Shown here in pieces: positions 63,100 to 64,000 of a stretch of DNA of 64,000 bases. Within the stretch, counting starts at the first letter, position 1; every line of letters starts with the position of its first letter. The stretch is from Octopus vulgaris (taxonomy: Eukaryota): assembly GCA_951406725.2 (NCBI GenBank), contig OX597815.1:68386001-68450000 (forward strand), written 5' to 3'. A model generated the notes under the pieces. It was given only the letters and a program-made list of their open reading frames with translations, was not told where the DNA came from and searched no databases. The translations under genes and the position numbers were made by a program.

Positions 63100-64000
63100 A
63101 AGAATGGTACTTTTGTCTTTCAATAAAGATTCCTAAAATAGGAGAGTATTGTAGTTCGCTTGAAGCATTGTGTATTGTTTGTAAAGAATAAAAAGTTTTG
63201 AATGGTATAACAATGCACTATAATACAGACAATGGACTATATACCTGTTGTAATTTAGTCATCCATAGTCTGTTATATTTCGGAATAATGTTCCTTCTTC
63301 AGATATTCTTAGATGGAGTCACTGCTATAATCGGTTTGCCAACGGCTTTTTAATTTTTTTTGGCAGCGTCTTAGCAGTGGTTTCACAATGCTCCTTCTGG
63401 AATACCTCATAAGAAGTGTGTGTGGTTGGCCATGTCTCAATCTCATGTGTGCTGGTACATCCGTAGCACTGCTTCTAAGTTACATATTATACATGTTGCT
63501 TCCTTGAACCTACATGCACCCGATGTATCTTAATAATGTATTGATTACCAACCTCCAGCCTGTTGTTAATTTGGGGCCCTAGTCTGTGTATGAGTATAGC
63601 TTCCTTAATTCTTAAATTACCCAAATTTCTTTCATTGTCCTCAATTGTGACTGTTATGCTTTTGTCGGTGTTCTGGCATCTGTCTAGATGTTTTCTGAAG
63701 AGAGAGAGAGGGTTGTTGGACATTTTGTATTAATCATCATCATTTGAACATCTACTTTTGTCCATCATCATGGACAACACCTACTTCTCATTCCAGGACC
63801 ACATATACAAACAGACAACAGGTCTCCCCATGGGATCCAGTCTCTCGGGCCTACTAGCCATCATTTATGTGAGCTATCTGGAACGTCGAGCACTCAACAT
63901 CTGCCTCTCATGTGTCTTCTTCACCAGATATGTCGATGACATCTTCATACATCCTCCTGTGAAGAGGCTGACAGAATGTTCACGACATTCAAGAGCATGG
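63100..64000. mobile_element. Penelope-like retroelement: inverted GIY-YIG C-terminus/pLTR (- strand) abutting an RT fragment (+ strand), cut by the window edge
   Basis: + strand 63755-63950 reads TYFSFQDHIYKQTTGLPMGSSLSGLLA...FTRYVDDIFI (PLE-type RT); - strand ORF 63487..63723 has LRIKEAILIHRLGPQINN (GIY-YIG C-terminal motif). Left boundary approximate. Confidence 0.88.

Noticed and set aside
1-64000. CRISPR arrays, operons or other prokaryotic systems
   Set aside because: No regularly spaced direct repeats and no gene-dense segment; the window is intron-rich eukaryotic DNA throughout.

Overview
This is AT-rich animal genomic DNA, not prokaryotic. The tRNA/CORE-type SINE families, RTE LINEs with (GAT)n tails and abundant (TA)n/(CA)n tracts suggest an octopod cephalopod (inference). 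The ORF track mostly misses the main feature: one large + strand gene running through almost the whole window. I read 19 small internal exons between 1353 and 57108. All are phase 0/0; eleven are 84 nt (28 aa) and four are 75 nt (25 aa). They splice into a 536-aa, stop-free, proline-free coiled coil with a myosin-rod-like 28-residue repeat, one repeat per exon. The start codon lies outside the window and the 3' end is uncertain. The introns hold a nearly intact antisense RTE LINE whose reverse transcriptase carries an inserted C4HC3 PHD-like finger, older RTE fragments, several SINE families, three Tc1/mariner elements, a hAT MITE, TTAA-type MITEs and a non-autonomous Helitron. A Penelope-like element with a possible hammerhead remnant sits at the right edge. 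All calls were made by eye; no database search was run.
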